Source: Octopus vulgaris
Taxonomy: Eukaryota
Length of the DNA: 64,000 nucleotides
Direction of reading: 5' to 3'
NCBI GenBank assembly: GCA_951406725.2
Contig: OX597815.1
Location: 17,546,001 to 17,610,000 of the forward strand
Part shown: piece after piece, positions 25,936 to 37,908 of the stretch
Layout: every line of letters starts with the position of its first letter
How positions within the stretch are numbered: the first letter of the stretch is position 1
The notes under the pieces: generated by a model
Told to the model about the DNA's origin: nothing
Database searches by the model: none
The model's input: only the letters and a program-made list of their open reading frames with translations
Position numbers and translations under genes: made by a program

Positions 25936-25979
25936 GGGACCTTGAAGACTGCTTAAATGCAAGAAAGTATACTAGTCCT
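25936..25979 (+). ncRNA. Hammerhead-like motif with an extra U in the core (mirror at 25829-25872 on minus)
   Basis: gggac-CTTGAAGA-c-tgc-ttaaat-gca-a-GAAA-gtatac-TA-gtcc(t/c); palindromic stem III. Confidence 0.6.
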
Positions 25980-26078
25980 TTAATATTTTATATTCAGTAT
26001 TTCATCTATTCAATAAGACAATCAATACTTCATTTCATTTTACTATATATACTATATATTCTACATTAATATTATATA

Positions 26079-26218
26079 TATTTCTTTATTGCCCACAAGG
26101 GGCTAAACATAGCGGGGCAAACAAAAACAGACAAAGGGATTAAGTTGATTACATCGACCCCAGTGTGTAACTGGTACTTATTTATCGACCTCGAAAGGAT
26201 GGAAGGCAAAGTCGACCT
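26079..26218 (-). mobile_element. Truncated SINE family C
   Basis: TSD ctacattaatattatata at 26061-26078 and 26219-26236. Confidence 0.8.
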
Positions 26219-26298
26219 CTACATTAATATTATATAGAATATAAATAAAACATAAAAAACAGACAGAGTTGGAATTCCTTTGAATAATATATACATAC

Positions 26299-26359
<61 letters not shown>

Positions 26360-29188
26360 TAGATAGATACATTGTGTCTATGTGTTCGTATTGTATTTCA
26401 TGTTCAAATATAGGATTCTTCATTATAGTGGAAATATATAGAATAGATTATTATTAATTCAGACACACACACACATGTGTGTGTACTTGTATCAGCCCGC
26501 ATCCTACATTGGCAGCAATATCACATAGAACAGATATCCTTGCTCCCTTACAAACACATACAAACCCACAAACACATTCACCTTTCTCTCTCTCTTCCTC
26601 TCCCTCTCTCTCTATATATATGTGTGTGTGTGTGTGTGTGTATGTATGTGTAGTTTTATATTTATCTCAGCATGTATATGTACAAGGTCACAAATGCCAA
26701 TCATTTGCACAGCCCACGAGTATCTGAAATGCTTGCTTTACACAGCTTTTTTCTCCCATTCTTGTTATATATAAATTATTACATCATATAAATATCATAG
26801 TATGTATTAAATAATTTGGTTCTGAAATATCACTGCACACACATGCAGACATAGATGAAATGACAGATTTATGTTTTTCTATAATACAAATGGAAAAAAC
26901 AAAAAAAAACAAAAAAAAAATAATAAATAAAAAGGAACAAAAAAAGGAATCACAAATATACATGAAAAATGGACAAACATCGTAAAATCTTTCATTCTTT
27001 GTAAAACAGTTAGGTTGCCTCTCCTTATAGATAAAAATACCACAACCATGAAAGTTACAGTTGTATACCAACTGAAGGCTTAAATTTGTTAATAGTATCA
27101 TCATATACAAAATTGAATGACTGTGTAAGAACCAGGCCTGTAGAAGCACACTTTCATTCATTCATTCATTCATGTCTTGCATTGATACACTCACCCATGC
27201 GTATACAGATGTCCTCCACAAACATTGAGTAGTATTTGAGCACCACAAGTCTTTTTAATGTTTTATAGGATTGGGTTAAGGCTGACTTCAGTTTTATTTG
27301 TCTGAGAGAGAGACAGAAAATAATTGAAGCTGCTATGGTTAAGTCATGAATATCTGTTTGAGAAAATAGGTCTAGCTAGATTTGTAAGGGTACAGTCAAA
27401 AAATATAGAAGTTGATTTACATTGAAAAGAGTACAAAAGTAGTTAAAACATTTTTGTAGATCAAAAAAAAAACAAAAAAACAGAAAAATCATCTAATCAT
27501 TCCATACAACAAAATTCGTTTAGGAATTCGTAAAACTTCAAAAGAAAAAGGAATCTAATTTTTAAGTGTATCAATTTATAAAGATGTCAGGGGGTGAAAA
27601 CGAAATAGTTTTGTGTATAAAGAAGGAAGCGAAGCTAGAGAAAGCAATGCTAGTCTTTTTGATGTGATGAACAATTAATGTTGGGAGATGTTGGCTGATT
27701 CTAACATAAATATGAATTTTTTTTTTCAGGTTATAACCCTTCTTTAGATGACCCTTAACAGTTCCCAATTTGATTAACAGAAATCATAGAGTACAAATCG
27801 GCATTCTTTGAGTTTGAATATGCCTATCTGTCGGTAAACTGACTGGTTCTCTGCAGTCGTGGTTGAATTGTGCTGCATTGACAGAAAGGGTTTCTCAAGA
27901 AGGTGGCAACCCCTTCAGATAAAATTTTCATTCTGTTAAATGTTCACCACATGAAAGAAATCACATTGCTTCGACTTCATACTGTTCTTTATACCTACTT
28001 AGCTGTCTGATGCCAAATTATATCAAAATAATTTCTCTACTTTACCTACTTATTCTCAGTTTGATTATGTAACAAAAGTTAATTAATAATTAATTACAAA
28101 TAATGTCTATTTGTAACAAAATTACATTAAAATGATTCTGAAGGGTTTCTTTTTGCTTTCATAGATGCTTTTAATTTTTTTTTTTTTGTAAAGATTATTT
28201 CTTTTATCCTGATATCAATAATTTCTTTTCCCCCAACTACTTTAAATTTTGGCAACTGTTACCCATACTGCTTACACTGTGGCACTGTTTCTCTTCTATG
28301 ATTCTAAGTAGAGATTTATATATTTCAGAGCAACTTATGAGTCAAAGAGAGATCCTGGATGTCAAGGAATGCTTAGATTACAGCTACACAACCTATTGTC
28401 AAGCCAATCAGTCAACTAATCAATTAACCATCTTAGAAAACATTCACAAAATATAACCAATAAAAAGTAATATTTTTTTTCAATTGCAATTAGTATACCA
28501 ATTTTCTTTTACAAACATATAAATACACATGCATACACACATACATACATACATACATACACAGAGTGTATTTGTATTCATAGAATATAAATACCCATGA
28601 GAAAAAAATTAGACTTATCTTAATATGTTTTTTTTTTTTTAAATTTTTATTTACTTCTGTTTTGTTATTTTGAAATTTTGAGATTTTTTTTCTTTCCCTT
28701 ATTTGATGTCTTCAGAATGTATGTGAAATATTTCTAACTGCCTTTAACCCAACAGACTTGGTTTCAGCCATCATTTTAGATGATAATGTGAAAAGACAAC
28801 AGTTACTAAATATACCTTGAGGCACACTGACCTGAGAGTTTGAAATTCATTAACAATGGAAGAATGTTTAAAGGCAATGTTGGATTTTTTTTTTTTTTTT
28901 TCCAACTGCATAAAATTTTGGCAATTTTCTTTTCTTTTATTCTTTTCTCTCTCTCATTTCCCAGGTTCATTTTGATTTCATTTCAAGTCAACATTTTATA
29001 ATCACAATGCTTTCTGTAAATGGTTTCTTCTCCAGATAGTTATGGATGCATATTCTTTCAAATATTTACACACACGCACACTTGCATACAGAAAAATGTA
29101 ATATTATACAAATATATTTCAAAGTGGAAAAATGAGCCTATGTATAATATATATTCCTATGATATTTTATCTAATCTATGAAGTACTG

Positions 29189-30394
29189 CTATACATCTTC
29201 ACCTTCTGTATCATGTCCATTGCTTCGTATTTGTATTGATTTTTTACTTCGGTACATATCCCAGAGTCCAGAAACAATTTCAGCAACAACAATGTCACTA
29301 GAATTTTTACCTATTAACCGTAATGTAAACACACCATCATGCCGTAAGTACTCAACCGTGAAGCGATTAGCTAACTTTTTATCTGGTGTTGAGCCTATTC
29401 GATCCATGATTTTGAGAAATTTCCGTACATACTGTATACGAGTGGTTGGAAAAATCATGTGAAAAATCCATGTAGCAAAACTGTAGCAAGAAAGCATGGA
29501 TACAAAGACTAGCCAGAACCAGAGGAATATATATATTTTCTCATTGAAAAGGTTTATTGGAAGCACGCATTGGACGGTATAGCGATTCAAATTTGGAAGC
29601 TGACGAATCTCAAAGTCACATAATGTTACACGTGGGAAACGACGGGAGGCCGTCCAGTCGTTTCCCTCAACTAGGTCCTCAAGAACTTGCCAACCGTAAA
29701 TACGGTAGCCTGACCCAAGGAATGAGTCTAACAGGAAGAGTTGGCCAATTACATTAGCAATGTAGAATATCTTTACTAAAAAATACACAGCCACAAGATA
29801 GTTGCCATAACGACGACCACATAATAAAGAAAGATTTGCTGAAAGAATGTGCCGCAGTCTAACACAACATGAATGTCGCGTTTCTCTTTGGTTGTCCAGG
29901 CATCTGTCCATATGTCTTACAACATATTTTATGTTACGGGTTCGGTTTTCTGGACTTTCGTATTGAGCATCACTGGCAACACTCACAATGCGATCTACGT
30001 TGATCCCAGATTGTCCGTTTAACAGGCGCCATATAATGCATGGAAGATAAAATAAAAGAGCCTGCAGTAATAAGACAACTGGGACCCACTGGTAGTAGCC
30101 TAGTTCCTTTTCTTTGCGTTTATTGTGTGCCACCGGAATCTGATCCTGCATATCAACATAATAAGTGTTTGAAATCCAGCACACATTATTGGTATACTCA
30201 ACATGCGCTGATGTAAACTGGGCTGGGCACCAACATCGGATTGGATCACCAACATACTGTCTTGCACTGACCACTACTGTAAATATTATTAAAATTCCCG
30301 TAGTATACAGGTGATTCATTCGGTCAATCAAGTCATCATCATTTCGTACTTTTACTTTGCCTAACCGACCAACTGATCCGATAATGCTGTCCAT
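29189..30394 (-). CDS. inx: Innexin (unc-9-like gap-junction protein), 401 aa, single coding exon
   Basis: DDLIDRMN, QYVGDPIRCWCP, CW, YYQWVP, FPRVTLCDF, QCVLPINLFNEKIY and four hydrophobic TM segments. The first 16 aa of the supplied ORF are intronic polypyrimidine tract. Confidence 0.97.
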   Translation of the reverse strand: MDSIIGSVGRLGKVKVRNDDDLIDRMNHLYTTGILIIFTVVVSARQYVGDPIRCWCPAQFTSAHVEYTNNVCWISNTYYVDMQDQIPVAHNKRKEKELGYYQWVPVVLLLQALLFYLPCIIWRLLNGQSGINVDRIVSVASDAQYESPENRTRNIKYVVRHMDRCLDNQRETRHSCCVRLRHILSANLSLLCGRRYGNYLVAVYFLVKIFYIANVIGQLFLLDSFLGSGYRIYGWQVLEDLVEGNDWTASRRFPRVTLCDFEIRQLPNLNRYTVQCVLPINLFNEKIYIFLWFWLVFVSMLSCYSFATWIFHMIFPTTRIQYVRKFLKIMDRIGSTPDKKLANRFTVEYLRHDGVFTLRLIGKNSSDIVVAEIVSGLWDMYRSKKSIQIRSNGHDTEGEDV

Positions 30395-30395
30395 C

Positions 30396-30420
30396 CTGCA
30401 AAAGAGAAAAGAAAAACAAT
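30396..30420 (-). other. 3' splice acceptor of the innexin coding exon
   Basis: Minus strand reads ttgtttttcttttctcttttgcAG|gATG. Confidence 0.85.
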
Positions 30421-30589
30421 ATGAAACCTTTGAATCAAACAATTTCTGTTATTAATACATAAAATAAGAAACATTTTCATTGGTGAAGCAGCATGCATTG
30501 TGCCATTTATAATACTGACCCAAGAAAAGCTGGGAATAAAAATGAGCTAAGAATATATTATGCTTTACAAAATTTTCCATGTTCAAATA

Positions 30590-30815
30590 TTAACCCTTTA
30601 GTATTGAAACTGGCCAAATCTGGTCCAAATATTCTTGCTGTTTTGTGTTCAAACTGGTTACATCCAGCATCTTACACCAATACTACAATGTCGCTGTTAA
30701 AAGAAAGAATTACATCATTGACATCTTGAAGCTACAAGATAAAGTATGATTAGTTCAAAGGAATGTGCTTAAATAAGCATTATATTTAACAGAGTGATCC
30801 GAATGCTAAAGGGCG
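30590..30815 (+). mobile_element. Second TTAA-CCCTT MITE family (degenerate); related pieces at ~62878-62930 and ~63270-63470
   Basis: ttaaccctttagtatt ... gaatgctaaaggg. Confidence 0.6.
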
Positions 30816-31089
30816 AAAAATGATTTACTATCAAGTATGAATTATTTCAAAATCTACTAAAAATACGGAGATGTACTTGCATAGCAAGTGACCTGATCTG
30901 AGATCGTGTGCTTGAATGAAAACAATAGCAGCGTGGAAATACATTATAGAACTAATGATGTTAAAAAATGTGTGTCCTAAGGTCATCCAGCCATAAGACA
31001 TTGCCTTAAAAAGGTCCAGTCATCCAGCCACAAGACATTGCCTTAAAAAGGTCTAGTCCAGCATGGAAAAGTGAATACAAAAATGATTT

Positions 31090-31338
31090 TGTTTATAAGC
31101 CATTTAAGAAACACAAAAACCATTAGGTTCACTTCAACATTTAAATTTAATTTGTCAAAATATTTTCATCGCTTTGGGACCGCAACCTGTTCACTGACAA
31201 AACTATAAATGTTGAAGTAAATCTAACGGTTTTTGTGTGTTTCTTAAATGGCTTATAAACATCTTCCCTGCTGCAATTGTTTTCGTTCCAGCACACGATC
31301 TCAGATCAGGTCACTCGCTATGCAAGTACATCTCCGTA
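31090..31338. mobile_element. Asymmetric fold-back element (hairpin 31090-31261 plus tail); inverted copy of its tail at 30864-30932
   Basis: gtttataagccatttaagaaacaca pairs with tgtgtttcttaaatggcttataaac; flanked by the direct repeat aaaaatgattttg. Confidence 0.75.
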
Positions 31339-31857
31339 AAAATGATTTTGATAATATAAAACTAATATTATCAGTTAGACTGAACCATTTGAAGTACTGA
31401 AAATATTCATTTATTTATCGACCTGTGTAACAAATCATCTAATCTTTGAGGATTTAGCTTCTCCATATGTACCTAGTTTAGCCTGTATGTACCTAGTTTG
31501 CTGATAGATCAAACATAAAAACCCTCTGGCAGATCAGTCGTGTAAATAGCATCGAAATATTTATGAAAACTCGAGATTCTATCTCCAGCATCCTGTTTTT
31601 CATACCTTTTGAATCAAGCTGTTTTTTTTCAAAGTTTGTCCAACTAATTTTGTTATAAGAAAAGAAAGTTCATCTACATACAGGAACTTTAAATTAATTT
31701 TAAAAAATTCAAACACAAAGATGTGAAAAGACTAAAAGCAGGCAAAGGAGAAAATTCTAAAATTTAGATTGATTGAAATGTAAGTAGAGACAGTGGGGAA
31801 TAATAAGATGGATCTTAAAGTACAGCAACAACTCTAGAAATAATTTCTTTAGCTATA

Positions 31858-32260
31858 GGCATAGGAGTGGCTGTGTGGTAAGTAGTTTGCTTACGAACCG
31901 CATGGTTCCGGGTTCAGTCCCACTGCGTGGCACCTTGGGTAAGTGCCTTCTACTATAGCCTCGGGACAACCAAAGCCTTGTGAGTGGATTTGGTAGACGG
32001 AAACTGAAAGAAGTCCGTCGTATATATATGTATATGTATATGCGTATTTGTGTGTCTGTGTTTGTCCCCCCAACATCGCTTGACAATCGATGCTGGCGTG
32101 TTTACGTCCCCGTAACTTAGCGGTTCGGCAAAAAAGAGACTGATAGAACAAGTACTAGGCTTACAAAGAATAAGTCCTGGGGTCGATTTGATCGACTAAA
32201 GGTGGTGCTCCAGCATGGCCACGGTCACATGACTGAAACAAGTAAAAGAGTAAAGAGTAA
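31858..32260 (+). mobile_element. SINE family A
   Basis: Full-length match to 2386-2793. Confidence 0.9.
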
Positions 32261-32910
32261 GTAACTTATTCTTATCTTTGTTGCTGATTTCAGTCAATGG
32301 ACTGTGGCCATGCTGGGTTTTGCTGATCAAATCGATCCCAATATATATTTCTAAAGTTTGGTACTTGTAATGTCATTTCTCTTTCACAGAAATGCTATGA
32401 AGATGCGAGCTCACCAACATAGGATTATTAAGCAGACAGACAGACACACACACGCACACACACACACAGAGGATTCCACAAAGTTTCCATTGACCAAATT
32501 TCATTCTTTTTCTTCCTTTCTTCCATTGCTAGTAACTGCATCATCATAAGATGTATATTCTTATCATTACTGATTCGTGTCTTAATTTACCAAAACATCC
32601 AACTTTGAAAATCAAAATATTTTTCTTCCATTACATCCTCCCCTCCCCTCCCCCTTGTACTAATATTTAAAATATTTGAAAAAGAAGTAAAACAACATTC
32701 CACTCCTTGTTTTCATTGCAGCTGGCTAAATCTAGTGTCAAATTTCCAAGTTATCTCTTACATCAAGAAAGCCATCTAATTCTCCCTACATTCAATATAT
32801 TTACACTTACTTAACTCTTGCTTCCCTTCTTTACAAATTATTTTTTCATTCCTTTTAATTTGTTAAATTATTCCATCTCTGAATTACCTGTTCTTGGAAT
32901 GACATTGCTT

Positions 32911-33270
32911 GCATGGTTTGGATGGTTTGACAGGACCTGTCAAACCATACTGACATGGTTTAGAAGGACCTGCCAAACCATACTGACATGGTTTGGATGG
33001 TTTGACAGGACCTGTCAAACCATACTGACATGGTTTGGATGGTTTGACAGGATCTGTCAAACCATACTGACATGGTTTGGATGGTTTGACAGGACATGTC
33101 AAACCATACTGACACGGTTTGGATGGTTTGACAGGATCTGTCAAACCATACTGACATGGTTTGGATGGGTTGACAGGATCTGTCAAACCATACTGACACG
33201 GTTTGGATGGTTTGACAGGACCTGTCAAACCATACTGATGTGGTTTGGATGGTTTGACAGGATCTGTCAA
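32911..33270. repeat. 42-bp minisatellite (~8.5 units), each unit containing a 27-bp palindrome
   Basis: Unit catggtttgg-atggtttgacagg-a-cctgtcaaaccat-actga. Confidence 0.92.
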
Positions 33271-33929
33271 GCTGCAAGGTTGCAAACTCTAATGTCAGCT
33301 TCAGCATAGATTCCTATGGCTGGAAGCTATTCCTGATGTCAACCACTTTACAGTGTGTGCTGGGAGTATCCTTTCCATACCTCCACTGCTACTGAGGTTG
33401 CCAAGCAACGTTACAAGTCAGGAGAAGAGCATGCAAAAGCCAACTCAGCTAAGTGGGGGGAAGTATTTGAGATGGAGCAGGGAAGATGGTTTTTATGTCA
33501 GAGGTTGAAAGGCTAAAGTTTGAGGGATAAGTGTAGGTGTCTTTCTACAAAGGAGATACATGGGTCCCAACATTATATAAGAATGGATGGGGCTTGGCAG
33601 GGAGAAGGTAAAGATGGTAGTGATTGGGAGGCAGAGTGAACTGGCAAGAGGATAGGCGAGGGGATGGACAATGAATTGATGGGGTGATGGAGGGTTAGTA
33701 GAATCACTTTTATTGGAGGAATCAAGCACATTAATAACAACTCCCTTCCTCACCACACACCAAAACTATTAGGTGTTCACAAATCAATAATGGTTTCAGT
33801 TTCATGGCAACACTAATTATGAGAGTTTCCTAAGTTTACCAACGATTCCAAGCATCAAATCACAACACATTACTAAACCTTTCAAAGATCAATTTATACC
33901 CAGAAAATTTATTGTTAATACAATCTTTA

Positions 33930-34529
33930 TATTGTTTTCTACTCTAGGCACAAGGCCTGAATTTTTTTTTTTTTTTTTTGTGGCGAGGCCCAGTTGATTA
34001 CATCGACCCCAGTACACGACTGGTGCTTAATTTATCGACCCCTGAAAGGATGAAAGGCAAAGTTGACCTCAGCAGAATTTGAACTCAGAATGTAAAGACA
34101 GACGAAATACCTATTTCTTTACTACCCACAAGGGGCTAAACACAGAGGAGACAAACAAGGACAGACAGACGGATTAAGTCGATTATATCGATCCCCAATG
34201 CATAACTGGTACTTATTTAATCGACCCATAAAGGATGAAAGGCAAAGTCGACCTCAGCGGAATTTGAACTCAGAACGTAAAGACTGACGAAATACCTATT
34301 TCTTTACTACCCACAAGGGGCTAAACACAGAGAGGACAAACAAGCACAGACAGACGGATTAAGTCGATAATATCGACCCCAGTGCATAACTGGTAATTAT
34401 TTAATTGACCCCGAAAGGATGAAAGGCAAAGTCGACCGCGGAGGTATTTGAACTCAGAACATAAAGACAAACGAAATACCACTAAGCATTTCGCCCGGCA
34501 TGCTAACGTTTCTGCCAGCTCGCCACCTT
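33930..34529 (-). mobile_element. Tandem trimer of SINE family C
   Basis: Three repeats of ...gaaaggcaaagtcgacc...gaactcagaa; TSD ttgttaata(c/t)aatcttta at 33912-33929 and 34530-34547. Confidence 0.85.
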
Positions 34530-34546
34530 TTGTTAATATAATCTTT

Positions 34547-34757
34547 AAGGAGGCAAGCTGGCAGAATTGTTAGCATGCTGGATGAAGTGCTTAACAACAT
34601 TTCATCCATCTTCAGGTTCTGAGTTCAAATTCCATCAAGGTTGACTTTCATCCATTTGGGATTGATAAAACAAATATCGGTTGAACAATAGGGTCGATGT
34701 AATCAATTTACTCCCTCCCCTGAAGTTGCTGGCCTCGTGCAAAAATTTGAAATCAGT
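34547..34757 (+). mobile_element. SINE family C, head-to-head with the trimer
   Basis: Similar to 10848-11065. Confidence 0.8.
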
Positions 34758-35184
34758 ATATCATTAGATTGATGCTCTTAGCTTTAGCTTCATGCTTGAC
34801 TGGGAACTATTCTAGGAAAGCTTGTATTCCTAGGTTTATTTTAACAAGTTATATATTGCCTTGTTGATAGAATGGGAGCGTTTGTGTTTGGATTGTCCTT
34901 CGTTAAGGAATGATATCTTAAAATAGAAAGAGAAGGAGGTGGAGAAAGAAAATAGTAAACAGTGAGAAGCAGTGTCAGGGAGATTGGTGAAAACTTGAAA
35001 AGTTGAATAAAGCAAAATTTTTCCATTTGGATTTGGCTGTTTCAGGGAACTCTAGTTGATGTTTTTAACCAGACTTTACTTATTCATTGATAGAAAATCT
35101 ACTCTTAAAGTAATGAAGGAAGAAAACAGAAAGTTCTTTAAAAAGTTGGAAAATACTGAACTTTTTTAATGATGGAGTTCTTGA

Positions 35185-35729
35185 GTCAAGTGAAATCGAA
35201 ATCGTGGCCACTGACCCTGCAAGCAAAGTCAGATCACAGGCAGAGCTGATACCAGTGTCACATAACCAGCCCATTTAAAAGAACCCTTGACTCATTGGGC
35301 AATATGCTGTGCTTGAGAAGACCTATTCAGTCAAGTAAAATTGAAATCAAAATTGAAATCATAGTTGCTGCTGATGCCAGTGCCGCCTGGCTGGCATCTG
35401 TGCTTGTGACATGCAATAAGCACCATTCAAGTGTGGGTCGATGCCGGGTACTGCCCGACTGGCTCCCCATGCCAGTGGAATGTAAAAAGCACCATCCAAA
35501 TGTGGTCAGTGCCAGTGCCACCTAACTGGCTCCTATGCTGGCAGCAGGTAAAAAACACCCACTACACTCTCAGAGTGGTTGACATCCAGGAAGGGCATCC
35601 AGCTGTAGAAACCTTGCCAGATCAGATTGGAGCCCGGCGCAGCCTACTGGCTTGCCAGTCCTCAGTCAAACCGTCCAACCCATGCCAGCATGGAAAATGG
35701 GCGTTAAGCGATGATGACGATGATGATGT
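35185..35729 (+). mobile_element. RTE LINE 3'UTR fragment
   Basis: Family repeats and (GAT)n tail. Confidence 0.75.
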
Positions 35730-36310
35730 ACGCATGATTGAGAATAGGCACCTGCATTTATATGTATCATCATCATCAACATCATTATCATTTAATGTCC
35801 GTTAAATGATAAAGATGATGTAAATGTATAAATGTACATATGGGTGTGTAATACATACATATATATATAAGTTACAGCAATACATGTAGTAGTTAAAACT
35901 GATAGAGAAGAAGAGAGTATAAGCACATAGTTTGAAGGTGTAAGTCCTGTCCATAAGCAAATGATATTTGAGAAATCTACCCACTAAGTAGACTTGTCTG
36001 TTATGAAAAGATTAAATAACCATTTAGATTCACTTGCAAAGATTGAGGTTAGACTAAATATTTGGCAGGATGGTAAAAGTTCTATATTTAGTAACATGAC
36101 CAAAAGAATGAAATGTTAGAGAAAAGAAATGAAGCAAAACTAATAATACAGAGCCAGGAAAGGATGACCCTCCAATGAAATATTAGTTTCTAACATAGGC
36201 ACAAATCTGGAGAGTTTAGGATGGAGAATGATACATCAGCCACATCATGTGTACTTTTATTAATGTCAGAAGAATGGAAGCAAAGTCATTCAACCATGGT
36301 ACTATTGTTG

Positions 36311-36787
36311 ACTATCTGGTCATCAAATCTAAGTAGAGACTTCAAACTCGAAATCTTCAAAGCCACAGTCGAACCAATTCTACTATATGACTCAGAAACC
36401 TGGACGTTATCAAAGAAGCTTGAGAGGCGGTTGGATGGAACCTACACTCGCCTCCTTATGAGAGCTCAAAATCTCTCGTGGAAGCGCCATCCAACCAAAA
36501 TGCAAATATATGGGAAACTACCACCTGTGTCATCTCTTGTGAAAGGTAGGAGAGTTCAGTTTGCTGGACATTGTTGTAGAGCTGAAAACGAGGTAATTTC
36601 TACTCTTCTCCTCTGGAAGCCATCTACTCGCAATACCAGAGGGCGCACACTCTCCTACCCTGATGTAATCTCCAGGGATACAGGCATCCAGCAACAGGAC
36701 ATCCGTAATGCCATGATGGACCGTGAAGTCTGGCGTAGCATGGTAAATTCCATTGTCTCGACCACGGTCGAACAATGATGATGATGA
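36311..36787 (+). mobile_element. 5'-truncated RTE-clade LINE (different family), ORF end at 36778, (GAT)n tail
   Basis: IW...KLEIFKATVEPILLYDSETWT...FAGHC...DREVWR. Confidence 0.88.
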
Positions 36788-37404
36788 ATGTTGTCCCCTT
36801 GTGATCTATATGATCTTTGTTCATACTCCATAATGACATAAACCATTTTGAGTTTGAGGCTATTGTTAATTGCTTGGTCTATCAAGAAGTGGTTACCTCA
36901 CTATAATCGTGGTCTAAACAGGATTTTGAACTTAGAACACAAAGCATCCTCACTGATGCCCTGTCAATCCAAACAGACCATCTCCCTGGAGTGACACTTT
37001 ACTGATGAAGACAGCCTCACCATGTGTACTTTTGTTAATGTCAAAAGAATGGAAGCAAAGTCATTCAACCATGGAACTATTGTTGTCACCTTATGATCTA
37101 TATGATCTTTGTTCCTACTCCATAAGGACATAAACCATTTTGAGTTTGAGGCTATTGTTAATTGCTTGGTCTATCAAGAAGTGGTTACCTCACTATAGTT
37201 GTGGTCTAAACAGGATTTTGAACTTAGAACACAAAGCATTCTCGCTGATGCTCTATCAATCCAAACAGACCATCTCCCTGGACTAACACTGTACTGATGA
37301 AGAGAAAAGTTGATCTTGGTGGGATTTGAACTTAGAGGGCAGAGAAATGGAACAAATGTCTACAAGGATGTTCTAACAATGCTGTCAATTTACTACTTTA
37401 TGGG

Positions 37405-37908
37405 AGAACCAAAATCGAAGTCGATCAACATCAATGGAAATTGCGGCTGTGATACCAGTGCCGGTGACAAGTAAGCGAACCATCCGATCGTGGCCGTTGC
37501 CAGCGCTGCCCCGACTGGCCTCCGTGCCGGTGACACGTAAAAAGCACCATCCGTCCGTGGCCGTTTGCCAGCCTCGCCTGGCCCCCGTGCCGGTGGCACG
37601 TAAAAAGCACCATCCGATCGTGGCCGTTGCCAGCCTCGCCTGGCCCCCGTGCGGGTGGCACGTAAAAAGCACCATCCGTCCGTGGCCGTTTGCCAGCTCT
37701 GTCTGGCACCTGTGCGGGTGGCACGTAAAAAGCACCCACTACACTCACGGAGTGGTTGGCGTTAGGAAGGGCATTCAGCCGTAGAAACATTGCCAGATCA
37801 GACTGGGCCTGATGCAGCCTTCTGGCTTCACAGACCCCAGTTGAACCGTCCAACCCATGGTAGCATGGAAAGCGGACGCTAAACGATGATGATGATGATG
37901 ATGATGAT
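37405..37908 (+). mobile_element. RTE LINE 3'UTR fragment
   Basis: Close match to 16085-16556. Confidence 0.85.

Larger units (their letters stand above)
25451..26292. mobile_element. Fold-back element next to (TA)n (centre ~25905); each arm interrupted by a family C SINE
   Basis: Inner arms from 25801 to ~26045 and outer arms 25451-25506 / 26237-26292 are reverse complements. Confidence 0.8.

Noticed and set aside
30395-30442. N-terminal extension MFDSKVSYCFSFLFCR of the innexin ORF
   Set aside because: It uses a non-ATG start and is the intron polypyrimidine tract and acceptor.
32911-33270. CRISPR-like array of palindromic repeats
   Set aside because: The spacers are essentially identical, there are no cas genes, and the context is eukaryotic.
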